DNA of 63,473 nt, taken from positions 1 to 63,473 of the forward strand of contig JAGRAX010000002.1 of NCBI GenBank assembly GCA_020434365.1, written 5' to 3'. The DNA is from Bdellovibrionales bacterium (GTDB lineage: Bacteria > Bdellovibrionota_G > JALEGL01 > JAGRMV01). Positions 8,882-18,862 of this stretch are shown here, piece by piece; positions within the stretch are counted from its first letter, which is position 1, and every line of letters starts with the position of its first letter. The notes under the pieces were generated by a model, which saw only the letters and a list, made by a program, of their open reading frames with translations, searched no databases and was not told the DNA's origin. Both the position numbers and the translations under genes were made by a program.

Positions 8882-10270
8882 TTATCCTATCAGGGCGCGA
8901 AGTCTTTGTATGCTTCTTTCTTTTCCTACAATCTCAAAAAGCTCAAAAACACCTGGACCAAAAGGACCTCCCGCCAATGCAAGGCGAACCAATTTTCCAA
9001 GTTGAGGAAACTTCAGCCCATGTGTTTTCAAAACCTGCGAAAAACTTTTTTCCAAATCTGCTTCTTCAAAGCTATTGTTCTCAATTTCCAAAATGAGATC
9101 TTGATAGGCATCCTTGACTTCATCCGTATACAGCTTTTTCTTAAGCTCGGGGTCAGGAGTGATCTGATCCGAGAAATGAAATGCCGCTAGCTCTGCAAGT
9201 TCTTTGAGAGTTTTTGCCCGATCCCTGAGCACTTCAATGGTACGATGACTTTTGGGATCATCGATTTGATCAGGACGAATCTCAATAAAGGCGCCAAGAC
9301 CTTCGATTACTTCTTTGTATGGCTTATCTTTGATGTAATGTTGATTGAGCCAAAGCAGCTTTTCTTCATTAAAAACACCCGGAGATGTACCTACCGCATC
9401 CAGATCAAATTTTTCAATCAGTTCTTCCAAGGAAAAAATTTCCTGATCCTTGTGTGACCAACCGAGCCTTGCCAAAAAGTTGATGATACTGTGAGGAAAA
9501 TACCCTTGATCTCGATACATCTGCACCGCGGTAGCTCCGTGACGTTTCGAAAGCCTTGTTTTATCTTTCCCCAAAATCAAAGGTAGATGAGCATATTGTG
9601 GAAGATCATAGTCCAGAGCCTCTCCCAAAAGGATCTGCTTAGGCGTATTGGCCAAGTGATCGTCCCCACGAATGACATGTGTCATTCGCATCTCATGATC
9701 ATCCACAACCACAACAAAATTATAGGTCGGAGTTCCATCACTTCGAGCGATCACCAGATCTTCAATCTCTCGATGTGCAATATCTATCGGACCTTTCACC
9801 AAATCTTCAATTCGAGTTTGTCCTTCTGGCACCGCAAAGCGAATCACAAAAGCTTGATCACTGGGAGCATCTTTTCGATGCTTGCAACGCCCATCATACA
9901 TTGGCTTTTTACCCTGGGCTTTCAAAGATTCTCTCATTTGATCCAACTCTTGCGGGCTACAATAGCAACGATAGGCTTTTCCAGATTCCAAAAGACGCTC
10001 TAGCTCCTTTTGATACAGAGACTGTCTCTCGGTCTGAAAAAAAGGACCTTCATCCCAATTCAACCCCAACCATGTCAATCCATCCAAAATGGCTTCCACC
10101 GCTTCCGGTGTGGAACGCTCTCGATCCGTATCTTCGATTCTCAAAATAAAGCTGCCTTGATGCTTTTTGGCATAGAGATAGTTGAAAAGCGCCGTTCTCG
10201 CGCCTCCAATATGCAAAAATCCCGTTGGACTGGGTGCAAAGCGCACACGAACTTTTGATGCTTGGGTCAT
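8882..10270 (-). CDS. gltX: glutamate--tRNA ligase
   Basis: 462 aa. RVRFAPSPTGFLHIGGARTALFNY (HIGH region) and KLSKRHG (KMSKS region), with class I GluRS layout. Confidence 0.95.
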   Translation of the reverse strand: MTQASKVRVRFAPSPTGFLHIGGARTALFNYLYAKKHQGSFILRIEDTDRERSTPEAVEAILDGLTWLGLNWDEGPFFQTERQSLYQKELERLLESGKAYRCYCSPQELDQMRESLKAQGKKPMYDGRCKHRKDAPSDQAFVIRFAVPEGQTRIEDLVKGPIDIAHREIEDLVIARSDGTPTYNFVVVVDDHEMRMTHVIRGDDHLANTPKQILLGEALDYDLPQYAHLPLILGKDKTRLSKRHGATAVQMYRDQGYFPHSIINFLARLGWSHKDQEIFSLEELIEKFDLDAVGTSPGVFNEEKLLWLNQHYIKDKPYKEVIEGLGAFIEIRPDQIDDPKSHRTIEVLRDRAKTLKELAELAAFHFSDQITPDPELKKKLYTDEVKDAYQDLILEIENNSFEEADLEKSFSQVLKTHGLKFPQLGKLVRLALAGGPFGPGVFELFEIVGKERSIQRLRALIG

Positions 10271-10606
10271 AGTCTGGATTCCTTAGCTCAAAATCCTTGT
10301 TAGGTCTAGAGCTACCGCTGAAACATAGGGCTCCGTCCCCATTTTTGAATCAGAGTCCCTCATTTTGAAGAAATCAAAAATGTAACTTTAGTTTACACTA
10401 GAAACTTTTTTTTCTTTTTTGATTGTTTTTTTCCATCAGTCTAGTACTCTGTAAGTATGTCGAGGTTTTTAATCAAAATCCTTCCTCTCCAAAAACAACT
10501 CAGCTCATTCTCCAAAAAAAATCTCGACTCGCAACGCTTAATTTGATGCATTGCATTTACAACTGCGTTGCGTTACATTAACAAGAGCAGGAGGTACAAC
10601 ATCAAA

Positions 10607-11203
10607 ATGAAAAGAAGGCCACAGAGATGGATGCTTTTGATCCTCACCAGCTCGTGCATTTTTTCTTCAAGTTATTGTTTTTCTTCCGTATTTTTATATG
10701 AGCACCCAGAAGAGCTCGCTGAAAAATCAGACGCCATCTATATCGGCCAAGTGAGATCCATGTACTCTTCAATCAACGAAGATCACGGCATCAGCACCTA
10801 TGTAAAGTTCAAAGTTCTACAAACGGTCAAAGGACCCGAGCAGTCTGAGCAGATCGCCATTGTTCATGGGGGAGAAACCACATTTCAAGGCAAGCACTTT
10901 CGCCAAAAAATCCATGGCGCAGCAGAGTTCCATCAAGGTGAAACCGTGATGGTGATGATCAAGTATGTCAAACAAAGACCTATCATCCAGTATTTTGGGG
11001 CAAAGCTACTCTTGAGAGAAAATGCCCAGAGCGGAGGAAAAGAGTGGGTGCGCCAAATTCCTTCCAACGTTGAATTTGCGCAGGAGCATGGTGACTCTGA
11101 GCACGCTGGCTTTCATATTGAAAAATCCGCCTATATGAAGGAAGAAGTCTTTGACTACCAACAGACCCTTCACAACATTCAGGCTCAGGAGAAAAGACCT
11201 TGA
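10607..11203 (+). CDS. hypothetical secreted protein, translationally coupled to the downstream metalloprotease
   Basis: Start moved to the ATG at 10607 (MKRRPQRWMLLILTSSCIFSSSYCFS, signal-like), with GGAGG 12 nt upstream. The ORF track begins at a TTG at 10568. Its stop overlaps the TTG start of the next gene (ttga at 11200..11203). Confidence 0.6.
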   Translation: MKRRPQRWMLLILTSSCIFSSSYCFSSVFLYEHPEELAEKSDAIYIGQVRSMYSSINEDHGISTYVKFKVLQTVKGPEQSEQIAIVHGGETTFQGKHFRQKIHGAAEFHQGETVMVMIKYVKQRPIIQYFGAKLLLRENAQSGGKEWVRQIPSNVEFAQEHGDSEHAGFHIEKSAYMKEEVFDYQQTLHNIQAQEKRP

Positions 11204-12336
11204 ACAAAGCATGTGTAAGCCTTTTGACCTTTTCCTTGCTTTACTCAGCACAAACACACGCATTTTCAACCATTCCTTGGAAAGGTGTACCCGCTCGCAT
11301 TCCTGACTCTACTGACATCGCGGTAGAAGTTGATGATCGTTACGGTCAGTACTTTCCCAACTCGGGCTGCGACGAAGCTGGCGATTGCAAGACACCTTTT
11401 ATGGCCATAAAAAATGCCATCTCTACCTGGCAATCTGTTTCTGGAATCAAGCTTGCATTTACTTCGATCAAGTCCAAAAGAATCAACAATCGCATTGCTT
11501 TTGATGGCGTCAATCAAATCAAAATGATTCACTCCAACTGGGGCTCTCAGCCTGGTAGTCCTCCTTCTTCTGCCTTGGCTGTCACCATTTCAACCTACGA
11601 GGATCCACAAGACATTGTAGACTTTGATATTATCGTCAATGCGGACAATCAAAGATGGGCCGACATCAACGATCACAGAGAGTACAATTTCCATGATTTT
11701 CAGAGCGTGCTCACACACGAAATTGGTCATGGTTTGGGTCTCGATCACTCATCTACAAACTCTAGAGAAGGTCTAGAAGAACTCCGAGACGCCACGATGT
11801 TTTTTGCTGCAGGCATGGGAGAAACGCACCAAAGAAGTCTTGGACAAGACGACATCCATGGCATTCGCCATCTCTATACTTCCACAAATTTTTCTACACC
11901 CAGTATCACTTTGGTGACTCCTGATCGATTGGACGCCACCATGCAAAGCCGAAGCATTGTAGAAATTCAAGGCAGTGACTTCACCGCGACCACCGCTGTA
12001 TACATCCTACAAAATCAATCCGCGCCCGATGTAGTGGGAAGAGTGATCAATGTCGAAAGTGATAAAATCGATGTGGCCTTTGACTTAAGTTATCTTCCGA
12101 CTGGAACCTATTCTGTCCTCGTTGCCAACTCTTACAATCGTTTTACAAAAGTCAAAGACGTTTTGGAAATCAACAACCCCAATGGCATCACTCTTTCTAA
12201 CGCAAATTATGGAAGGCTCGCTCAGACTTCAGCTTGCAAATCTAATGGTGCTCCTAACGTAAGTTTACTTTGTGCCTTTCTATGTGCTCTTTGGATTTTG
12301 TCCCGAAGAAAAAAATTTGTTATGATTTCCTCCTAA
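11200..12336 (+). CDS. secreted matrixin-like (M10) zinc metalloprotease with a C-terminal beta-sandwich domain and a Cys/TM/Arg-rich sorting tail
   Basis: 378 aa. Signal peptide MNKACVSLLTFSLLYSAQTHA. HEIGHGLGLDHS (nt 11716..11751) equals the metzincin/matrixin consensus HExxHxxGxxHS, and a Met-turn candidate (DATMFF) follows. The protein ends in SACKSNGAPNVSLLCAFLCALWILSRRKKF. Confidence 0.8.
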   Translation: MNKACVSLLTFSLLYSAQTHAFSTIPWKGVPARIPDSTDIAVEVDDRYGQYFPNSGCDEAGDCKTPFMAIKNAISTWQSVSGIKLAFTSIKSKRINNRIAFDGVNQIKMIHSNWGSQPGSPPSSALAVTISTYEDPQDIVDFDIIVNADNQRWADINDHREYNFHDFQSVLTHEIGHGLGLDHSSTNSREGLEELRDATMFFAAGMGETHQRSLGQDDIHGIRHLYTSTNFSTPSITLVTPDRLDATMQSRSIVEIQGSDFTATTAVYILQNQSAPDVVGRVINVESDKIDVAFDLSYLPTGTYSVLVANSYNRFTKVKDVLEINNPNGITLSNANYGRLAQTSACKSNGAPNVSLLCAFLCALWILSRRKKFVMISS

Positions 12337-12338
12337 GC

Positions 12339-12388
12339 AAACAAAGACGAGGTCCGCTGTTAACATCGATTGGTCCTCGTCTTTGTTT
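12339..12388. terminator. bidirectional rho-independent terminator between convergent genes
   Basis: A 14-bp perfect stem (aaacaaagacgagg at 12339..12352 pairing with cctcgtctttgttt at 12375..12388), with A-runs and T-runs on either side. It sits between the stops of the protease (+) and cbpA-like (-) genes. Confidence 0.65.
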
Positions 12389-12391
12389 CTT

Positions 12392-13285
12392 TTAATCCTT
12401 CAAAGACTCTTGAAATTTCTTAAGCAAATTCTTAGATTTCTCACTGAGCATTTTTGGGCTTGTAATTTTGATCTGAACATAATGATCACCCACTTCTCTG
12501 GAATTCTTTTGGATCCCCTTTTTCGATAACCTTAGGCTTTGACCGCTAGACGTACCTTCAGGAATCTTAATTTGAGAATGCCCATGAATGGTTTGCACAT
12601 CGAATACACCTCCCAATGTGGCTTCTACAATCGTCAAACTAAGTTGAGAATAGATATCCAAAGCCTTTCGAGTAAACTGTGGATGCGCACCCACGGAGAC
12701 CTCAATCAATACTGCTGCTTGTTTGTCATCTGAAATACGGATTTTTTTTCCACTTTCTATGCCAGCAGGAATTGTAATTCTTTTGCGCTTTCCTCCTAGA
12801 TCTACATCCATGTTTCCACCCAGAGCTGCGGTCATAAAATCAACGTTCATTTGATAGCTTGGATGTGCTGGCCGCTGTGAATAAGATTGTTGACCATAGC
12901 CTCTTGATTGGCCCGCTCCAAAACCGGAAAATCCTTCAAAAATATCTTCCAAACCACTCATATCAAATTGAAAGCCGCCACCTCGACCACCTCCAAAGTG
13001 AAAACTTTGAGATTGACCTCCCGATTGGTATCCACGAAAGAAATCAGAAAAATCAAAGCCCGATTGAAATCCCGACGGACCTACAGCATCATACTGCTGA
13101 CGTTTTTTTGGATCGCTGAGGACTGCATAGCTTTCTGTAATTTCTTTGAATCGTTTTTCGGCCTCTGCATTGTTTTGATTCACATCTGGATGATATTTTT
13201 TGGCCAATGCTCGATATGCACTTTTGATCTGGGCATCACTGGCATCTTTATTTACGCCCAACACCTGATAATAGTCTTTACTCAT
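12392..13285 (-). CDS. cbpA: J-domain co-chaperone, CbpA-like (DnaJ family lacking the zinc finger)
   Basis: 297 aa. The J domain reads DYYQVLGVNKDASDAQIKSAYRALAKKYHPDVN (HPD motif), followed by a G/F-rich linker and a DnaJ C-terminal domain. There are no CxxCxGxG repeats. Confidence 0.8.
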   Translation of the reverse strand: MSKDYYQVLGVNKDASDAQIKSAYRALAKKYHPDVNQNNAEAEKRFKEITESYAVLSDPKKRQQYDAVGPSGFQSGFDFSDFFRGYQSGGQSQSFHFGGGRGGGFQFDMSGLEDIFEGFSGFGAGQSRGYGQQSYSQRPAHPSYQMNVDFMTAALGGNMDVDLGGKRKRITIPAGIESGKKIRISDDKQAAVLIEVSVGAHPQFTRKALDIYSQLSLTIVEATLGGVFDVQTIHGHSQIKIPEGTSSGQSLRLSKKGIQKNSREVGDHYVQIKITSPKMLSEKSKNLLKKFQESLKD

Positions 13286-13353
13286 CTTTTACCCTTTGCA
13301 AATATTACCCTCTCGGCAGTATAGGCCCTTATGCGAGCTTCGCAAGGTGAGGC

Positions 13354-13581
13354 TTATTCCCATACAAACGGGACTTTTGAAAGCTCCTTTTCGCCGTCCT
13401 TACAACACTTCTCCACTACAAGACCTTTTCGACCTGCAGCATCTCGAATGTTTTCATATAATTTTGCGGCATCTTGAGCTTCTTTCATAAGTTGATCCAA
13501 ACCCAATTCCCGACTCAATATCGTCTCAGATTTTTTTTGCAGTTCTTGTATCAAACCGAGGATGTTTTTTTGATTTCGCAT
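13354..13581 (-). CDS. xseB: exodeoxyribonuclease VII small subunit (probable)
   Basis: 75-aa helical protein immediately downstream of xseA, overlapping it by 31 nt. The size and the LQELQKKSETIL...LDQLMKEAQDAAKLY pattern fit XseB. The call rests mainly on context. Confidence 0.6.
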   Translation of the reverse strand: MRNQKNILGLIQELQKKSETILSRELGLDQLMKEAQDAAKLYENIRDAAGRKGLVVEKCCKDGEKELSKVPFVWE

Positions 13582-14879
13582 TGAATTTTCCCTTCTGAAA
13601 GCACAATTTCCAAATCTTGCTTTTCCGACACCTGCCTGTGAGACGTAACGATCCGATTGTTTTTGTCTCGAACCACACTGTACCCTCTCGACAAAATCGA
13701 CATCGGATCAAGCAACTCTAAATTACTTTGTATTTTACGAAACCTGGCTTTTTGGTTTTCGATCAAACTCTTTCCTCTGGAGAGCAAACGATCCAAACTG
13801 CGAGAAAACGTGGCATCATATTGCTTACTCTTTGCCACAATCAACTGGGTCAGACGCTCTTTTGCAAGATCTACATCTTGTATATGACTGGCAAGCAGAT
13901 AACTTGCATCCCTCAATACGGGATTTCGAGACACGCTTTGGTACCTCTGTCGATAGGAATGCTTACGATGTGACAATTCTCGAATGATATTTTCCATCAT
14001 AGATTTGGACTGTAAAAGAAGCTCTTTTTGATCTGGAACAATCATTTCTGCAGCATGGGAAGGTGTTGCTGCTCGGATGTCAGCAACAAAATCGCAAATT
14101 GTATAGTCTGTTTGGTGCCCTACGGCAGAGACCACTGGAAGATCTACATCATAGATCGCTCTTGCCACAATCTCTTCATTAAATGGCCAAAGATCTTCTA
14201 TCGATCCACCTCCACGCCCTACAATGCAAACATCAAACTTCTGCTTATGCTTTTTAATCAATGAAAGGGCTTCTACGATATCTTGCGCCGCTCCTTCTCC
14301 TTGGACTTTGACAGGGAAAAGTACTACCTTGACATGAGGAAAACGATGAGAAATCACATGTAAGATATCTTTGATCACAGATCCCGTTGCAGATGTAACG
14401 ACGGCGATCGATGTAGGCCATTGTGGCAGGGCTCTTTTCTTTTCCTCATCAAAAAGCCCTTCGGCTTGCAGCTTCTTCTTTGTTTCTTCAAATTTTTGGT
14501 GCCACTGTCCTTCCCCCGACAACTTAATTTCATCCACAATCAGTTGGTAGTTGCCTCCTTTTTCCCATAGATCGATTTTTCCTCCTGCAATGATCTCCTG
14601 ACCTTCCTTCATCTCCACAGTTGACTTGGCATTGGCAAAGCGAAAGAACACACAAGAAATCACAGCGCTTTGGTCTTTGAGCCTAAAATAGATGTGACCT
14701 GATTGATTCTTGCCTCGATAGTTAGAAATTTCTCCACGAATCCAAATTTTTTTTCCTCCAGCCTCAGAAGCCAAAATCGCATTTTTGATCTCTAGCGTCA
14801 GTTCCGAAACGGAGAAAATTTTATCCTGTTTATCCTTAGACTCTTTTTCTTGAGCGCTACTGTATTCAAATAAATCCAC
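13551..14879 (-). CDS. xseA: exodeoxyribonuclease VII large subunit
   Basis: 442 aa with a GTG start. The N-terminal OB fold reads FSVSELTLEIKNAI...IWIRGEISNYR...SGHIYFRLKD, followed by the catalytic core with GRGGGSIEDLWPFN. Confidence 0.9.
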   Translation of the reverse strand: MDLFEYSSAQEKESKDKQDKIFSVSELTLEIKNAILASEAGGKKIWIRGEISNYRGKNQSGHIYFRLKDQSAVISCVFFRFANAKSTVEMKEGQEIIAGGKIDLWEKGGNYQLIVDEIKLSGEGQWHQKFEETKKKLQAEGLFDEEKKRALPQWPTSIAVVTSATGSVIKDILHVISHRFPHVKVVLFPVKVQGEGAAQDIVEALSLIKKHKQKFDVCIVGRGGGSIEDLWPFNEEIVARAIYDVDLPVVSAVGHQTDYTICDFVADIRAATPSHAAEMIVPDQKELLLQSKSMMENIIRELSHRKHSYRQRYQSVSRNPVLRDASYLLASHIQDVDLAKERLTQLIVAKSKQYDATFSRSLDRLLSRGKSLIENQKARFRKIQSNLELLDPMSILSRGYSVVRDKNNRIVTSHRQVSEKQDLEIVLSEGKIQCEIKKTSSV

Positions 14880-14931
14880 AGAGCAGGTATATCAAAAAGT
14901 CTCCGCGAAACAAGCTCAGAGAAAAAATCTG

Positions 14932-17064
14932 TTAAGACTGAGCCATTTGAAGGTGCTGCTCTGCCTCTTCAATCCACTGCATTTCTTTTTCTTTGGGGTC
15001 TTGTTCAAGCATGCCTTTTTGATACATACTTGCGCGATTTCGTCCTGAATTTTTTGAATGATAAAGAGCAGTGTCTGCCAGTTGAATCAAATCTTCTCTG
15101 GTCAATGCATGGGCAGGAAAGGACGACACCCCAATAGACAAGTTCACGCGTAAGGAGAGCATATCCTGTTTGAATTTTTTCTGTGCGACTTCCTCGACCA
15201 ATCTGTTTGCAATGACCATCGCATCTTCAGCTTCAGTTTGTGGGAGAACCATCGCAAACTCTTCTCCTCCATATCTTGCGACAAAATCAATGGAACGCGT
15301 GTCTCGTTCTAAGAAACTCGCGATCTCTCGAAGAATGAAATCACCTGTCGGGTGACCATAGTCATCATTAAATTTTTTGAAATGATCGATGTCAATAAGA
15401 AGTAAAGAAAGCGATGAAGAGTCCCGAGAGCTTCGCGCAATTTCATTTTCAAGAGTTTCTTGGAAGGTTCGGTGATTCATCAAGCCCGTCAAACCATCTG
15501 TGGTAGCCAATTTTTCTAATTCTTTTACGACATTTGCATTTTTCATAGCTACAGAGGCCTGCATACACAAAACCTCCAGCATCTTACGAGAAGACTTATT
15601 AAAAACATGGTTCTTCTCAGCCAACAAAATCAAAGCACCAATTCTTTCTTTCTGAACATGCAAAGGAATGATCAAAACGGAGTCAAAGCGGTTGGGAACT
15701 TTCCATTTTTTATGAAAAAGACTTGATTTGTTCTGCTTGGTCATAAAACTTTCAAAGGAGAGCGGCGTGAGATTGTCAATCACCCAAGAAACCAAACCTC
15801 GATTGGAACTTGTAGAAAAACTTCTTCCCACCCAATCATAAGAATATCGACCACTCTCTGCAGCGACTCGATTGCTTCGATTGTCACAGTCATGAAGACA
15901 AATCAGTCCCAAATCAAATTCAACCATTCTTCCGGCCATCAAAAGGAGCGCGTCCAGAACTTCTTGCATACGCAAGGTATTATTAAGTGCCGAACTTGCA
16001 GAATAAAAAGTAGCCAACTCTTCTTTGAGATGAAAATAAGAATGAATGGTTTCGGAATCTTCCAGCATTTGAAGCAATTGCTGCGCGATTTGTGCAATGA
16101 CATCATACTCTTGTCTGCTCAGTTTTGTCTGCCTCGAAAAATCCATCACAATCAGAGCTCTAAGTTCGCGATTCGATTTGACAGGATAGAGCAAAACTGA
16201 ATCAACATCTTCTTCTTTTTCGTAATAGTTCAAACCTCGCAAATCATTTTGTCCTCGAACCATGTAGATAGGTTTTTGATGTTTGGTAATGGCCTTGAAT
16301 ACGCCTTCTTCAGCTTGAAATTTTTTCTCCGCAAAAAGTTTAGATTGGGTCTGGTGGGTCTTGAGCAAAAAGCCCTCTTGGACCGGATCATACACATAGA
16401 TTGCGGTCGTATGCGTGGTAAAAATAGTAGATAAAATCGACGAAAAATCTTTAATCTTTTGATTTTGGTCTTTGAGCGTATGAATGCCATGAAGCCTTTT
16501 TTGTTTTCCAATATCCAAACGATTTTCAAATTCCTCAGCCCGCGTAAATAACCTGCGGGTTTCATTTTCATAGGATTCCAGACGCTTTTGCAATTGAATG
16601 CGCTTGTTTTTTTCTCGATTTCGAAACAAAAGCGCCAAAGCCGTCCAAATAAAAAGCGTCACCAAGTGAAAAGAGTATGAAGGTCTCCAAGAGTCTGAGA
16701 CATAGTCGATCAAAGCATGAACCCCAAAGAGAAAGAGAAGATCAATTTTTTTATAGTCGGAATAAATAAATACAAGGACCAAGGGGAAAATCATCCAGGA
16801 CAGTGGTCGAAATTCGATATATCTAGCGATCAAGTCAATGGCGACCAAACTACAGATGGCAATTTCGACTTTGTTGCGTCGTCCAATCTTTCCCTGGAAA
16901 TATCTTTTCGAAGGAAGCGCAACAAAAATCAATATGGTCAAGAGTGAAAGTGTAATCTGACTCCAATGGGGCAAACGCGAATAAAAACTTGCAGTAAAAA
17001 GAGCAGCCGAAAACAATGCAAAGGGCATTGAGAAAGCGAATGTACTCCAGCTACGCAGTTTCAT
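14932..17064 (-). CDS. membrane-bound GAF-domain diguanylate cyclase (GGDEF)
   Basis: 710 aa. The N-terminus has several hydrophobic segments and a coiled coil, followed by two GAF-like regions. The C-terminal GGDEF domain has an RYGGEEF active site and an RSID (RxxD) I-site five residues upstream. Confidence 0.85.
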   Translation of the reverse strand: MKLRSWSTFAFSMPFALFSAALFTASFYSRLPHWSQITLSLLTILIFVALPSKRYFQGKIGRRNKVEIAICSLVAIDLIARYIEFRPLSWMIFPLVLVFIYSDYKKIDLLFLFGVHALIDYVSDSWRPSYSFHLVTLFIWTALALLFRNREKNKRIQLQKRLESYENETRRLFTRAEEFENRLDIGKQKRLHGIHTLKDQNQKIKDFSSILSTIFTTHTTAIYVYDPVQEGFLLKTHQTQSKLFAEKKFQAEEGVFKAITKHQKPIYMVRGQNDLRGLNYYEKEEDVDSVLLYPVKSNRELRALIVMDFSRQTKLSRQEYDVIAQIAQQLLQMLEDSETIHSYFHLKEELATFYSASSALNNTLRMQEVLDALLLMAGRMVEFDLGLICLHDCDNRSNRVAAESGRYSYDWVGRSFSTSSNRGLVSWVIDNLTPLSFESFMTKQNKSSLFHKKWKVPNRFDSVLIIPLHVQKERIGALILLAEKNHVFNKSSRKMLEVLCMQASVAMKNANVVKELEKLATTDGLTGLMNHRTFQETLENEIARSSRDSSSLSLLLIDIDHFKKFNDDYGHPTGDFILREIASFLERDTRSIDFVARYGGEEFAMVLPQTEAEDAMVIANRLVEEVAQKKFKQDMLSLRVNLSIGVSSFPAHALTREDLIQLADTALYHSKNSGRNRASMYQKGMLEQDPKEKEMQWIEEAEQHLQMAQS

Positions 17065-17104
17065 AGCGCAAGAATATAACTCATTGCATTAAAAAAAGAA
17101 AGTC

Positions 17105-17506
17105 TTATCGCCATACAAATTGTATCTCCTGATCGCCTTTTAGTTTTAAGTTTTTACGCGCATAAGCCTCGATCGTGGCGTCGTCATGGCGAAACTTGTA
17201 AATATCTGTTTTTAATTGTTTATTTTCCTCTATCAAAAGCTCCGTGAGCAGCTCGAGGCGTTGTTTTTCCTTCCACAAATGGTAACTGGTCAAAAGGCCC
17301 TGATCTCCAAGCAAAGAAAATACCACAAGCAAGCTCAAATAAGCACAGACGACACCCACGAGCCAAGATCGTTTCTTCTTTTGCTTTCTTTTTTGGGGAC
17401 GGAGCATATCAGAGATCATACCGTAAGGATTTCTCTCCGTCATGATTTCACATAAACATAATGTAGCATACGCCTCCAACAGCGTTTTAACGTCTGTTGT
17501 TATCAT
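17105..17506 (-). CDS. ftsB: septum formation initiator family protein (FtsB/DivIC-like)
   Basis: 133 aa. A basic stretch is followed by a single TM (WLVGVVCAYLSLLVVFSLLG) and a coiled coil (LWKEKQRLELLTELLIEENKQLKTDI...IEAYARKNLKL). The true start may be an internal Met. Confidence 0.6.
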   Translation of the reverse strand: MITTDVKTLLEAYATLCLCEIMTERNPYGMISDMLRPQKRKQKKKRSWLVGVVCAYLSLLVVFSLLGDQGLLTSYHLWKEKQRLELLTELLIEENKQLKTDIYKFRHDDATIEAYARKNLKLKGDQEIQFVWR

Positions 17507-17609
17507 TTTTGTCTCCGAAGTTGAAAAAAACAGGGATTCGGCATAAAAACTTGAGCGAGAACTCCGTCGATCACTTCACTTATAGACGGTCAAAGACAAA
17601 GCATAAGAA

Positions 17610-18848
17610 ATGGTAGACTACGACATTCAAAGAAAAAAGAGAACGGCAATCGTGCTTTCGGGAGGAGGGTCTCGAGGTGCATATGAAGCAGGTATCGTCC
17701 ATTACATACGCACGGGCCTACCCAAAGAATTGGCTCAAAATCTATCTTTTGAGATTCAATGTGGAACCAGCGTTGGGGCCATCAATGTAGCTCATATGGC
17801 CGCGCATGCCCAGGACCCCTTCAGACAAGGACAGGATTTGGTCCGTCTATGGAAAAAACTCCAAACCAAAGATATCTACCGACGTGGCCCTTTTACTCTG
17901 GGAAAATTTGTGTTTACTTCGGCCGCCAGTGCTTTGAGCAGGCTTATAGGCATAAAGGGAAATCGAGGAGATGACTATAACCTGCACTTTCAGGGACTTT
18001 TTGATACCAAACCTTTTTTTCATTTTTTGCTCGAGAACTGTCCTTGGCCCAACATTTCAAGAAACATCTCAAAAGGTCATCTCGATGCCATGGTCATTGC
18101 AGCCACCAACATCACCTCCGGACAGGTGGAGCTTTTTATGGAGCACAACACCAGCTTAGCTCCAGAGCTAAGTCAATTGGTCCGCAAAGTAAAAATGAGT
18201 CCCAGACATGTCATGGCTTCTGCGGCTCTTCCTGTTCTTTTTCCGGCAGTTCCGATCTACGGCGTTCACTACAATGACGGTGGACTTCGCCTCAACACTC
18301 CTTTAGGTCCAGCCGTGGGTCTGCAAGCCAATCGAATTCTAATCATTGGAACCGACGATCCAGGAGACCTAAAAGCCAATGAATCGGAAAAAGAAGGTAC
18401 ACCTGGCCTTGGAGGTATTCTGGCAAAATTTTATCACGCCGCTTTGGAAGATCGCATGCATGCCGACTTCTCACAACTGGATCGAATCAATCGAATCTTG
18501 GAACATGTAAAAAACAATACCAGTCCGGATCAGTTTGAAAGCATATGTAGACAAGCAAGAGTATCCCCCATTGATACCTTAAGTTTTTTTCCAAGCGAAA
18601 GCATTGCTGGCCTCGTAGATGATGCGCTGAAAAAATCATTTCGAAGACTAGAGTCATTTGGAATTTTGGAACGCGCGATTGTGAGACTCTTAGATATCGA
18701 TGTCAAAAGAGGTAGCGATCTCTTGAGTTATTTTATGTTCGAACCTTCTTATATTTCTCAACTGATTGAATTGGGATATCAAGATGCAAAGAAAAAACAC
18801 GACGAGCTTTGCAATTTTGCGCAGCAATCAATAGACGAAAAAAAATAG
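17610..18848 (+). CDS. patatin-like phospholipase
   Basis: 412 aa. It has the oxyanion GGGSRGAYEAG, the nucleophile elbow GTSVG (GxSxG) and the catalytic DGG (YNDGGLRLNTP). Confidence 0.85.
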   Translation: MVDYDIQRKKRTAIVLSGGGSRGAYEAGIVHYIRTGLPKELAQNLSFEIQCGTSVGAINVAHMAAHAQDPFRQGQDLVRLWKKLQTKDIYRRGPFTLGKFVFTSAASALSRLIGIKGNRGDDYNLHFQGLFDTKPFFHFLLENCPWPNISRNISKGHLDAMVIAATNITSGQVELFMEHNTSLAPELSQLVRKVKMSPRHVMASAALPVLFPAVPIYGVHYNDGGLRLNTPLGPAVGLQANRILIIGTDDPGDLKANESEKEGTPGLGGILAKFYHAALEDRMHADFSQLDRINRILEHVKNNTSPDQFESICRQARVSPIDTLSFFPSESIAGLVDDALKKSFRRLESFGILERAIVRLLDIDVKRGSDLLSYFMFEPSYISQLIELGYQDAKKKHDELCNFAQQSIDEKK

Positions 18849-18862
18849 TGCTACAGAACACA

